From assembly GCA_963695855.1 (NCBI GenBank), contig CAVOHZ010000010.1, forward strand, positions 416,001 through 480,000: a stretch of DNA of 64,000 bases. The letters run 5' to 3'. The notes under the pieces are model-generated. The model did no database searches, was not told where the DNA came from, and saw nothing but the letters and a program-made list of their open reading frames with translations. This DNA comes from an uncultured Nitrososphaerales archaeon (lineage in GTDB: Archaea > Thermoproteota > Nitrososphaeria > Nitrososphaerales > Nitrososphaeraceae). Numbering within the stretch: position 1 is the stretch's first letter; each line of letters opens with the position of its first letter. Shown here in pieces: positions 10,560 through 20,444 of this stretch. A program made the position numbers and the translations under genes.

Positions 10560-11436
10560 CTATCTCTTGGTGCTTTTTGCTACATACCACTTGGCAGAAG
10601 AAATTTTTTTTGAATATCTCATTTCATAATAAGGTATGAACATGTAACAATAGATGGTAGATAATCCACCAACCGGATCCTTTAAAAAACAACCAATAGT
10701 TGCTTTTAAATTCACGCTTGTTGACAGTTCTTCTCCCTTGTAAGAAGAGATCTGTCTGTGACCAGATCTCAGCTCGTAAGACTTGAGACAAAAAATCGTA
10801 AAGCGTAGATGGGGACTTGAAAAATACCTTTGCATCATCATTATACCATATCTTCTCATCTAATTCAATAAGCTTATTTTGTAAAAAAAGATCAATTGCA
10901 ATCAAATCTTCAGGGATGATTATCTTTTTTGCCAAGTCATTACGTATTGCAAGTCCTCTTCCCATTACAGTATACCTGCTCAGAGTCGATCTCCGAATTT
11001 TCCGCAACCAATTAGAAATGAATTTGGTTGCTCTGCCGTATATGTTAGAATATTTGATTGGTTGTGGATTAGAAGCACAAAGTCCGATTCCTTTTCCAGA
11101 AATGGATTTGACCAAGTTACAAGTACAGTTCTTTTCCAATCTTATATCAGCATCATAAAGAACTAGGATATCTCCACTGGATTCCCGAAATATTTCGTTC
11201 CATCCTGAAGCGGCACCCCTTCTAGTCTCTGAATGGAAAAGTCGAATAGATAGATTGCGATTTGCTATTGTAAAATCCCTTATCAAATCAGGAGTACCAT
11301 CAGAAGAGTCATCAGAAATGATTATTTCCTTTAACAGAAAGGGAACGGGAATATTTTGTGATTTTATAGAATTTAGTAAGGCAATAATATTTTTTTCCTC
11401 GTTATAAGAAATAATACCAATAGAAATTTCCTTCAT
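10560..11436 (-). pseudogene. Glycosyltransferase family 2, frameshifted near 10770
   Basis: GT-A motifs YNEE, DDSSDGT, DAD; a plausible C-terminus (GHRQI...WYVAKSTKR) lies in the +1 frame. Confidence 0.75.
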
Positions 11437-11731
11437 TATTAATAAATCTGAAATATTATCGTAAATTTCGATAATATTAACTTTTTATAATAAGAAATAC
11501 AAAACTTCATTTTTTATAAGTCAAAATTTTTATATCTAATATTCTACTATCAAAAATAGTATTGATATATGTACGCAGAAATCCCTATAGAATTTTGATG
11601 TAATAAAATTCAAAATTAAAAAGCAATAATACTTTTACCTTTCTTAATTTTTGATATTTTAATAATTATAATTTTATATTCCTTTTAATCATTCATGTTA
11701 AAAAATAAACGCACTCTTATATATTGAAAAT

Positions 11732-13303
11732 ATGGAAAAAGGTATTATTTTTAATTTCGGAAATAAGTTCTTGATTTCAATTATTTTTCTCTCCTTATTA
11801 ATAGGTGTCCTTGGAAATGGATTGGTTTTGGGTCAAGTATTTGCAAAAGGACATAATCCACAGAATGATGTTGACACAGAAAGCATCGAAATATATCCTC
11901 TTTCATACAAGAAATCGGATGGTAATAATGTTTTTCATAATGACAAGATACTTTCATTAAAATTGCAGGAACAAAAACAAGAGAATACAGATCTCAATAC
12001 ATTATCAAAATCAAAGCAGCAAAAGATTGCTGAAAAAAACTTTGGAGAACAGGAAGATGATGCCATTATCATGAAAGGACCGGTCCATTACGAAGAAAAA
12101 GAAGATTATCAAAAAGACATGAAGAATGAAGATTATGGGTATGAAGGTAAGTACTCCAAGTATACAAGCGATGAAGAGGCAAGGGATGATAGTAACAGAG
12201 ATTCAGACATAGATACAAGCGATGAAGAGGCAAGGGATGATAGTAACAGAGATTCAGACATAGATACAAGCGATGAAGAGGCAAGGGATGATAGTAACAG
12301 AGATTCAGACATAGATACAAGCGATGAAGAGGCAAGGGATGATAGTAACAGAGATTCAGACATAGATACAAGCGATGAAGAGGCAAGGGATGATAGTAAC
12401 AGAGATTCAGACATAGATACAAGCGATGAAGAGGCAAGGGATGATAGTAACAGAGATTCAGACATAGATACAAGCGATGAAGAGGCAAGGGATGATAGTA
12501 ACAGAGATTCAGACATAGATACAAGCGATGAAGAGGCAAGGGATGATAGTAACAGAGATTCAGACATAGATACAAGCGATGAAGAGGCAAGGGATGATAG
12601 TAACAGAGATTCAGACATAGATACAAGCGATGAAGAGGCAAGGGATGATAGTAACAGAAATTCAGACATAGATACAAGCGATGAAGAGGCAAGGGACAGT
12701 AGAGATTTCGTTGATGATTCCAAAGAAAATCACTCCAATATAAATGACAAAAATCAATCAAATATAACTGAAAAATCTAATCAAGAGTTTAAAAAGATTG
12801 AAGAAGATGTAATTGAAAACGAAAATAGTAGACTAATCTCAGAAGCGAGTCAAGAAGAACAAATTTCTTCAGATATACTACCAGCAAATATCAATTCAAA
12901 AAACAAATACCATGGATATGAAATTCTTATCGCAAATGCAGGATTAGATCAATCTATATCAAAAGAAGAAAGAATAGTTCTTGATGCGTCCAATAGTTTC
13001 TCTAAAGACAATTCGATAACAGGATTTAATTGGGAACTAATTGGTGACTCAGATATTGAAATAGATCCTAGCAATCTAGAGGTCTATACAATTGATGTTC
13101 CAAATCACATGAAAGGTAATACTTTGGAATTCCAACTTACTGTAACAAATGATGATGGACTAACAGATAGCGATACAGTAAAAGTATTGATAAATGACGA
13201 ACAGGATGACGATAATGACGAACAGGATGACGATAATGACGAACAAGATGACGATAATGACGAACAAGATGACGATAATGACGAACAAGATGAAAGAAAA
13301 TAA
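11732..13303 (+). CDS. Secreted acidic repeat protein with PKD-like domain
   Basis: Signal/TM; 17-aa repeats; ANAGLDQ..VLDASNS..W..FQLTVTNDDGLTDSDTV; acidic tail. Confidence 0.9.
   Translation: MEKGIIFNFGNKFLISIIFLSLLIGVLGNGLVLGQVFAKGHNPQNDVDTESIEIYPLSYKKSDGNNVFHNDKILSLKLQEQKQENTDLNTLSKSKQQKIAEKNFGEQEDDAIIMKGPVHYEEKEDYQKDMKNEDYGYEGKYSKYTSDEEARDDSNRDSDIDTSDEEARDDSNRDSDIDTSDEEARDDSNRDSDIDTSDEEARDDSNRDSDIDTSDEEARDDSNRDSDIDTSDEEARDDSNRDSDIDTSDEEARDDSNRDSDIDTSDEEARDDSNRDSDIDTSDEEARDDSNRDSDIDTSDEEARDDSNRNSDIDTSDEEARDSRDFVDDSKENHSNINDKNQSNITEKSNQEFKKIEEDVIENENSRLISEASQEEQISSDILPANINSKNKYHGYEILIANAGLDQSISKEERIVLDASNSFSKDNSITGFNWELIGDSDIEIDPSNLEVYTIDVPNHMKGNTLEFQLTVTNDDGLTDSDTVKVLINDEQDDDNDEQDDDNDEQDDDNDEQDDDNDEQDERK
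12162..12696 (+). repeat. 51-bp coding tandem repeat, 10 full copies plus a partial copy
   Basis: Encodes DTSDEEARDDSNRDSDI; copies near-identical. Confidence 0.97.
13193..13293 (+). repeat. 21-bp coding tandem repeat, about 4.8 copies
   Basis: Encodes NDEQDDD. Confidence 0.95.
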
Positions 13304-13378
13304 TTAATCCTAAAACCTCACTTGGAGGTTAATAGGAAAATTTAAATTTTCTATATTTTTTAATTATATCGATAAAAA

Positions 13379-14527
13379 ATTCCCATACTTTATCAAAAAT
13401 ACACTGGATATTATGCGAAACTAGTATTGGAAAATGGTAAATCTTTTTCTGGGACAGGATTTGGTTATCCCATGCCGAGCTCTGGTGAAGTCGTTTTTAA
13501 TACAGGAATGGTTGGATATACTGAGAGTTTAACGGATCCATCTTATAGTGGTCAAATATTATGCATGACCTACCCTCTTGTTGGCAATTATGGAGTCCCA
13601 CAGAAAGACATTTTAGATGAATTTGGTTTACCCAAATTTTTCGAGTCAGAAAGAATACAGGTCAAAGGATTGATAATTCATTCATTATCAAATATAGCAA
13701 GTCATTGGAGTTGTGTAAAAACACTAGATGAATGGTTATATGAAGAAAAAATTCCGGGAATATACGGAGTTGATACAAGAGAACTGACAAAAATAATACG
13801 CCAAAAGGGAGTAATGATGGGAGTTTTATCCGTCTCTGAAAAACCACTTCAAAAAATAGACATATCTCAAATTGTTAAAAATGAGGATTATGACAATAAA
13901 AATTTCATGTCTACAGTAAGTTCCAATGAAATTAGAACGTATGGCAATTCCAACGAAAAGATTATTGTATTATTAGATACAGGAACTAAGTATAGTATTA
14001 TTAGAAATTTACTGAAGAGGGGTTATAGGGTAGTACAACTTCCTTGGAATTCATCGTATGATAAAGTAATATCTTACGATCCAGATGGGGTTGTAATTAG
14101 TAACGGTCCTGGAGATCCAAAGATGTGCAATGCAACAATCGAGACGGCAAAAAAATTGCTAGATAATTCAATTCCAACACTTGGTATATGTCTTGGCAAT
14201 CAGATTTTGGCCCTATCAGCAGGAGCAGACACGTATAAATTAAAATATGGTCACAGGGGACAAAACAAATCATGTATAAATATTAAGAATGAAAATTCCT
14301 ATATCACCAGTCAAAACCATGGATATGGAATAGAAGCCAAAAGTCTAGAAAAGACGGGATTCGAGCCATGGTTTTATAATCCAGATGACAAATCTATAGA
14401 GGGTATAATACATAAAGATAAACCTGCAATAGCCGTACAATTTCACCCAGAGGCATCACCAGGACCTTTTGATTGTACATTTGTTTTTGATAAATTTAAA
14501 GAAATTATTAATTTAAATAAGAGATAA
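13379..14527 (+). CDS. carA: Carbamoyl-phosphate synthase small subunit (start uncertain: ATT 13379, ATA 13385 or TTG 13427)
   Basis: GEVVFNTGMVGY, TDPSY, SNGPGDP, GICLG, QFHPEASPGP. Confidence 0.95.
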   Translation: MPILYQKYTGYYAKLVLENGKSFSGTGFGYPMPSSGEVVFNTGMVGYTESLTDPSYSGQILCMTYPLVGNYGVPQKDILDEFGLPKFFESERIQVKGLIIHSLSNIASHWSCVKTLDEWLYEEKIPGIYGVDTRELTKIIRQKGVMMGVLSVSEKPLQKIDISQIVKNEDYDNKNFMSTVSSNEIRTYGNSNEKIIVLLDTGTKYSIIRNLLKRGYRVVQLPWNSSYDKVISYDPDGVVISNGPGDPKMCNATIETAKKLLDNSIPTLGICLGNQILALSAGADTYKLKYGHRGQNKSCINIKNENSYITSQNHGYGIEAKSLEKTGFEPWFYNPDDKSIEGIIHKDKPAIAVQFHPEASPGPFDCTFVFDKFKEIINLNKR

Positions 14528-14577
14528 AAATTACCATATTAAACCTATATAAAAAAAATGTAAAAATAGAGTGAGAG

Positions 14578-17500
14578 GTGAAAATAATTCCAAGAAATAA
14601 TGATATAAAAAAAGTTGTTCTGTTGGGTAGTGGGGCAATAAAAATCGGAGAAGCAGGCGAAAGTCATTAGAAGATGACCGCTAATTTGATTACTCTGGTT
14701 CACAATGCCTCAAAGCTCTGAAGGAGGAGGAAATTGAAACAGTTCTAATTAATCCCAATATTGCTACTATTCAGACGGATACCAGGTTTTCTGATAAAGT
14801 ATATCTTTTGCCTATAACTCCTGATTATGTTTCCAATATTTTAGAAATTGAAAGACCAGATTCTATAATGCTATCATTCGGGGGACAAACTGCCCTAAAC
14901 TGTGGTACATCATTATTCAAAAACGGAATTCTTGATAAATACGGAATAAAAGTCCTTGGAACACCAATTAACGGAATAGAAAGAACTGAAGATAGACAAC
15001 TTTTCAAAGAGGCCATGCAGACAAGTAATGTTCCTGTATTACCTAGTTCTCCAGCATATTCTGTTGAAGAATCAATTCATATTGCAAAAAAAATTGGTTA
15101 TCCTGTAATCATTAGGGTTGCATACACTCTCGGAGGAAAGGGAGGAGGAGTTGCCTATAACGAATATGAATTACAAGAGATAGTACATAGAGGCCTTTCA
15201 GTCAGTATGACCGGTCAAGTTTTAATAGAAAAATATGTTGGTAATTGGAAACAAATAGAATACGAAGTAATGCGAGATTATAAAGGAAATTCTATAATTG
15301 TTTGCAATATGGAAAATATTTTGGCTATGCGAGTTCATACAGGGGATAACATTGTAGTGGCTCCATCTCAGACTCTTAATAACTACGAATATCATATGTT
15401 GCGTTCTGCAGCGATCAGAGCAACAAAAGAAGTAGGTATTATTGGTGAGTGTAATATTCAGTTTGGACTCGATCCGAAAAAAGAGGAATATTGTGCAATA
15501 GAGATAAATGCAAGACTCTCTAGATCATCGGCACTTGCTAGCAAAGCAACTGGATATCCGCTAGCATATATGGCTGCAAAATTGGGTTTGGGATATTCAC
15601 TAAACGAGTTAGTAAATAAAGTTACCAAGAAAACTACTGCATTTTTTGAACCATCTTTAGATTATGTAGTAGTAAAGATGCCTAGATGGGATTTTAATAA
15701 ATTTGAGAATGTTAACCGTAGACTCGGAACTGCTATGAAATCAGTTGGAGAAGTAATGGCTATTGGAAGAACTTTTGAGGAATCAATTCAAAAAGCAATA
15801 AGAATGTGTGACATTGGAAAGAAAGGACTGGTTGAAAACTATGAATTCAATGAGCCCAACGAAGAAGAGTTAGAAAATATTGAACACGCACTTTTGTATC
15901 CCGATGACAACATCCTTTTTGACGTTGTGAGAGCAATATACAGCGGTATCACCATAGAAAAGATAAATGAATTATCCAGCATAGATCCATGGTTTCTTGT
16001 CAAAATAAAGAACATAATAGACATGGAAAGAAGGTTGAAAAATTCGGGAAATGATTTTGATGAAAGCCTCATAAAAGAAGCTAAACAAGCAGGGTTCTCT
16101 GATATACAATTATCTTCTTATTTAAAATTGGATGAAATAACAGTTAGAAAACTTAGGAAAAAATTTGGAATACAACCAGTCATAAAACAGATTGATACCT
16201 TGGCTGCCGAATGGCCTGCTCAAACTAATTATCTTTATCTTACCTATGGTGGTGATACCGATGATATCAAAATTAGAAAGAAAGATAAGAATGCAATAGT
16301 TCTGGGAGCAGGTCCGTATAGAATTGGAAGTAGTGTAGAATTTGATTGGGGTACTGTTAATATGGTTAGAGGTTTGAAAGAAAATGGAATAAATGAAGTA
16401 TCAATAATAAACTGTAATCCCGAAACAGTTTCTACAGACTTTGATATTTCTGACCGGTTATACTTTGAGGAGATTACCTTTGAAAGAGTTATGGATATTT
16501 ATGAAAAAGAAAATGATGCTGAAATAGTAACCTGTGTGGGCGGTCAAACTGCTAACAATCTAACGTTAAAACTGGCCCAAAATGGAGCAAAAATAATAGG
16601 AACAGAAAGCAAAGATGTGGACAGGGCTGAAGACAGAGAAAAGTTTGGGAAATTACTTGATTCATTAAAGATTAAACAGCCTCCTTGGAAAAAATTTACA
16701 AGTCTAGATGAGGCAATTATCTTTTCTCAAGAGGTAGGATATCCCGTGCTTGTGCGACCGTCATATGTATTAAGTGGAGCAGCAATGAAGGTAGTATGGG
16801 ATGACAAACAGTTGGAAATATTTATAGAAAATGCCACAGAGGTCAGCCCGGATCATCCAATAGTTATTAGTAAGTTCTTTCAAGATGCTGCAGAAGTAGA
16901 GGTGGATGGAGTAAGCGGGAAAGACAAAATAATTATTGGATCCATTATAGAACACATAGACAACGCCGGAATACATTCAGGTGATGCGATGATGTGTATA
17001 CCTCCATGGAGATTAAATAGGGATATAATGGATACAATAACAGGCTATTCAAATAAAATAGTCAAATCTCTCAATGTCATTGGACCATTTAACATTCAGT
17101 TTCTTGTAAAGAATGACGAAGTACTTGTAATCGAGGCAAATATCAGGGCATCAAGGTCAATGCCTTTTGTTTCTAAATATGTAGGGATAAATCTGATGAA
17201 TCTTGCCGCAAAAGCGATGTTAGGTAAACCTCTACCAGAGATAAAGGATGTATGGTTGAAAACCAGCGGCTTTGGTATTAAAGTACCTCAATTCTCTTTT
17301 ATGCAACTAGAAGGTGCCGATATAGTTTTAGGTGTAGAGATGCATTCTACTGGAGAAGTTGCGTGTTTTGGAACAAGCTTTTATGATGCTCTAAGTAAAG
17401 CCTTCCTAGCCGCAGGATATTCGCTGCCGTTACGTGGAACTTCTTTAATCACAATAGGAGGCCAAAAAAATAAGGAAAAATCACTTCCTCTTCTGTCTTT

Positions 17501-17882
17501 GATTTCGTCAATGGAATTTAATATTTTAGCGACAGAACATACTGCTGACTTTTTGGAAAATAATGGTTTTAACGAAGTCCAAAGGGTTTATAAAATAAGT
17601 GAGCCTGACAGGAAACCAAACATCACAGAATTACTGTATGATCATAAAATTGATTTTATCATAAATATTCCTGCAACTGTAACTGTGGAAAAATATTTGG
17701 ATATGTTAAATGATGAATACCATATAAGGAGGAAAGCGGTCGAGATGGGTATTCCGGTAATGACAACTATTGAGGCAGCAATATCGTTTGTAAAAACGTT
17801 ACAATGGCTCAAAAGCAATGCTCCAACAATAGTTCCATTGAAGAATTACTTAAAAGAAAACTCAATCAGTGAAAAAAATTAG
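14578..17882 (+). CDS. carB: Carbamoyl-phosphate synthase large subunit, split by a 23-nt intron (join 14578..14661,14685..17882)
   Basis: Exon 1 PRNNDIKKVVLLGSGAIKIGEAGE joins exon 2 FDYSGSQCLKALKEE..NPNIATIQTD, which is in frame with ORF 14808..17882 (two ATP-grasp domains plus MGS-like domain). Confidence 0.93.
14662..14684 (+). other. Putative BHB-type mRNA intron (23 nt)
   Basis: AGTCATTAGAAGATGACCGCTAA; central helix GGCG/CGCU, 3-nt bulges AAA and AAU, intron stem GUCAUU/GAUGAC; canonical cuts restore the frame. Confidence 0.88.
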
Positions 17883-17891
17883 TGAAACTTT

Positions 17892-18674
17892 TCAATTCTT
17901 TACATCACCTATAACAGAACCTTCCAAAGTAAATAGCAGTCCGGATAAAATTGCATTTTGTTCTAAAAATAATTTAATAATTGGAGAGGGAGAAGATGTC
18001 GATTTCTTAAACTTGTGGGTTGATACCAGAGAGGAGTAAAAATATTTGTTAAATGTTGGAATAATTATAATCTCCAAAATTCCCTTCTTTTTCAATCCAT
18101 AAAGAATTTCTTTTTTTACCTTAAGATATATCCATACTCTCTTTCCATGAACGGTACTCTTTGGATCTATAAATATAGGATGAAGATGACCCATTATTAT
18201 CTTGCTAATATTTGATTTTATTTTATTTGGAAGAGTATGACCGTGTATTAACAAAGTATCGTCAATAATAAGTCCACTAGTGTTGCATGTAATCACTGAT
18301 TCCGGAACGAGTAGGTGAATATTTCCATCGTGGTTTCCAGGTATTAAGAAGACATCTAGATCTTTTGATAATTTATCCAAAAAATAAGGAACAATATCCC
18401 ATTCAATTTTGGTAATATGAGTGATGGAGCTCTTGAGGTCTCCTAAAATTATAATTCCATCTATTCTTTGAGATTTTCTTATTTCGTTAATCTCATCTAA
18501 AATATCATTTACTATTTGATTTGAATCAATGTTAATTCCCTTCTGAATTAGAGAGGATTCAAATCCCAAATGAAGATCTGATACTACAATGAATATTTTT
18601 TTTTTATTTTCCCTTTTATCGATGTACTCCAAAATAAGAGCTGCATGAGGATTTATAGGATATGCCTTAGTCAC
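17892..18674 (-). CDS. Metallophosphoesterase (calcineurin-like)
   Basis: SDLHLG, LGD, GNHD, HGH, GHLHP. Confidence 0.92.
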   Translation of the reverse strand: MTKAYPINPHAALILEYIDKRENKKKIFIVVSDLHLGFESSLIQKGINIDSNQIVNDILDEINEIRKSQRIDGIIILGDLKSSITHITKIEWDIVPYFLDKLSKDLDVFLIPGNHDGNIHLLVPESVITCNTSGLIIDDTLLIHGHTLPNKIKSNISKIIMGHLHPIFIDPKSTVHGKRVWIYLKVKKEILYGLKKKGILEIIIIPTFNKYFYSSLVSTHKFKKSTSSPSPIIKLFLEQNAILSGLLFTLEGSVIGDVKN

Positions 18675-18974
18675 AACATAAATATAATGATACTTGATCT
18701 ATTAATTATTTTACTCGATATTCTATAAAACTAAAAAATGTCTTCCTTTGACATCTTTCAATAGATTGTAGTTGATTAAATGTGAATAAATGTTTTTTTA
18801 TTGATTAATATTTATGCTAAGATACTGAAAAATGGCACAGTTACATTCCAGATTATAATAAAGTATGTATTTATCTTGTAAATATTAAAGAATAATCTGT
18901 AAATACAAAATATTTAATGATTCTATCAAGATATCGATTTATAAATAAATTAGTGATTTTATTATGTAATTTAT

Positions 18975-19814
18975 ATGATCATTAGCGGAGTCGAAGTCTC
19001 GACCAAATTAAAATCTGAATTAATACAAAAAGTTAAAATTCTGAAGAAAAAAGGAATTGATCCGTGTTTAGCTACCATTTTGGTGGGCAATGATCAGGCT
19101 TCTGCAATTTATATTAGAAATAAACATAAAGCCTGTTCTGAATTAGGAATTAAGACGAAAGACAAGACGATGCCATCTTCAATTGAAGAAGAAAAACTGA
19201 TCGAATTGATAAATTCATTAAACAATGATCTATCTGTTCATGGAATATTATTACAGTTACCTCTTCCCAGTCATATAGATCAATTCGAGGTAATAAATAA
19301 AATTAAACCTACAAAAGATGTTGATGGATTAACATACCAAAATGCAGGATTACTATTAAACAAAAAATCATCTTTGATACCCTGCACACCTCTAGGAGTT
19401 ATGGAATTATTTAATTACTACAAAATAGAACTAAAAGGAAAAGATATCGTAATAATAAATCGAAGTATTCTAGTTGGAAAACCACTTTTATTGCTGTTAT
19501 TGGAGAAGGATGCAACCGTAACAATATGTCATTCAAAAACTAGAAATTTGGAGCTAAAATTGAGAAGGGCAGATATAATAATCACTGCAGTTGGAAATAG
19601 AAAACTTTTTACTCTAAAACCAGAACATGTTAAAGAGGATGTAGTGATAATTGATATCGGAATATCAAGAGAAAATGGAAAGATAATCGGTGACACAGAT
19701 TTTGAAAAAGTTGCACCAAAAGCTTCTTGGATAACACCAGTTCCAGGAGGAGTTGGTCCAATGACTATTACAATGTTATTAAACAACACTATAAAAGCTG
19801 CATCAAATTTTTAG
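18975..19814 (+). CDS. folD: Methylenetetrahydrofolate dehydrogenase/cyclohydrolase
   Basis: HGILLQLPLP, KDVDG, PCTPLG, TPVPGGVGPMT. Confidence 0.97.
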   Translation: MIISGVEVSTKLKSELIQKVKILKKKGIDPCLATILVGNDQASAIYIRNKHKACSELGIKTKDKTMPSSIEEEKLIELINSLNNDLSVHGILLQLPLPSHIDQFEVINKIKPTKDVDGLTYQNAGLLLNKKSSLIPCTPLGVMELFNYYKIELKGKDIVIINRSILVGKPLLLLLLEKDATVTICHSKTRNLELKLRRADIIITAVGNRKLFTLKPEHVKEDVVIIDIGISRENGKIIGDTDFEKVAPKASWITPVPGGVGPMTITMLLNNTIKAASNF

Positions 19815-19838
19815 AACCTTATTAGTGTACACTAAAAA

Positions 19839-20444
19839 ATGTCATACCAATCTTCTAAGCAGGAAATTCGAAAAAAAACATTAAACAAAAGAAATCAATT
19901 ATCTGAGAAAGACCGAGTTATGTTCAGCAAGATAATATTTGACAAGTTAATAGAATCACAAGAATACAAAAAAGCAGATCGAATCGCAGTTTATTATCCA
20001 GTAGGTTCTGAGGTACAAACTTTGGAGATTATAAGAGACGCATTAACAAACAAAAAAAAAGTTGGTCTTCCAAGAGTAATTAACGATGATGAAATAAAAT
20101 TTTATCAAATCATGGAAAAATATTTAGAAGAAGTTGAATTTACTAAAGGGAAATACGGTATTATGGAAAATATAGATTCAACAGTCGAATTGGATCAGAT
20201 CGATCTTTTGATAATACCAGGGGTGGCATTTGATGTTGAGTGCAACAGAATTGGATATGGCAAAGGATATTATGATAGATTTCTGGGTCAGAATGATATT
20301 GGATATATAGTAGGATTAGCATTTGAAAATCAGATAGTCAAGTACATTCCCATAAATGAATTAGATCAAAAAGTTGATTGCATTATAACAAACAAGAATA
20401 ATTATTATCATAAAATCAATAGAAAAAGAATTAAAATTTTATGA
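19839..20444 (+). CDS. 5-formyltetrahydrofolate cyclo-ligase
   Basis: PGVAFD..RIGYGKGYYDRFL. Confidence 0.95.
   Translation: MSYQSSKQEIRKKTLNKRNQLSEKDRVMFSKIIFDKLIESQEYKKADRIAVYYPVGSEVQTLEIIRDALTNKKKVGLPRVINDDEIKFYQIMEKYLEEVEFTKGKYGIMENIDSTVELDQIDLLIIPGVAFDVECNRIGYGKGYYDRFLGQNDIGYIVGLAFENQIVKYIPINELDQKVDCIITNKNNYYHKINRKRIKIL

Noticed and set aside
12162-12696. Possible CRISPR array
   Set aside because: Units are identical with no unique spacers, the period is a multiple of 3 inside a CDS, and no cas genes are present
12069-12761. Long antisense ORFs 12069..12761 and 12133..12723
   Set aside because: Shadows of the stop-free tandem repeat
14662-14684. carB break as a sequencing error, ribosomal frameshift or IS footprint
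   Set aside because: The insert is 23 non-duplicated nt, contains a stop, has no slippery site or target duplication, and fits BHB geometry
14808-14810. TTG start of carB proposed by the ORF track
   Set aside because: It would drop about 70 conserved N-terminal residues that are clearly encoded upstream
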